This document shows, piece after piece, positions 63,890 to 64,000 of a stretch of 64,000 nucleotides of DNA. The position numbers and the translations under genes are program-made. The stretch spans positions 3,348,001 through 3,412,000 of the forward strand of contig NC_043002.1 of NCBI RefSeq assembly GCF_006345805.1, read 5' to 3'. Positions within the stretch are counted from its first letter, which is position 1. Every line of letters begins with the position of its first letter. Under the pieces are notes generated by a model, which worked only from the letters and a program-made list of their open reading frames with translations, made no database searches and had not been told where the DNA came from. The stretch comes from Octopus sinensis (lineage: Eukaryota).

Positions 63890-64000
63890 GTATGTACCTC
63901 TAATTCGTTAAACTAGTTTTTTTATTTGCTTTTTCAAAGTTTTTCTCTTTTATAAAATTAGAAATGTAAAAATCCTAAAACTAGACAAGAAATTATCAGT

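Overview
AT-rich, repeat-dense eukaryotic DNA. The SINE families (CAT/GAT-tailed RTE-type element and several tRNA-headed elements) match what I recognise from Octopus genomes; this is an inference, not a database result. Nearly all ORF-track calls are spurious. The window lies inside one long + strand gene with large introns. Five phase-compatible exons (7139-7210, 10802-10945, 22367-22452, 39504-39615, 47555-47674) splice into MASEIIYIVMTPTKKGEATHIKIERKKRLTFEDQKVAHIGGGEHKGLVINNQTADDDDNLGKPQLQLGFACFLVDQKTGDHLVETRKLKFWYVDGTEYLDQVTRAYDFFKELIRPDDFPRDYVGFIKKCMKQMQGPIYTQIRRVELSMQQLDQSEAPLSP..., a protein I cannot name. The main finding is a candidate microexon system: a 15-nt exon upstream, and downstream a run of frame-preserving phase 1-1 cassettes of 30, 30 and 33 nt (plus a weaker 60 nt one) and an alternative stop exon. 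Introns carry Penelope-type minimal hammerhead ribozyme motifs (one with an intact core), several long foldback hairpins, piggyBac-like and Merlin-like MITEs, a non-autonomous Helitron, LINE remnants, and SINEs with internal tandem arrays of hairpin units.
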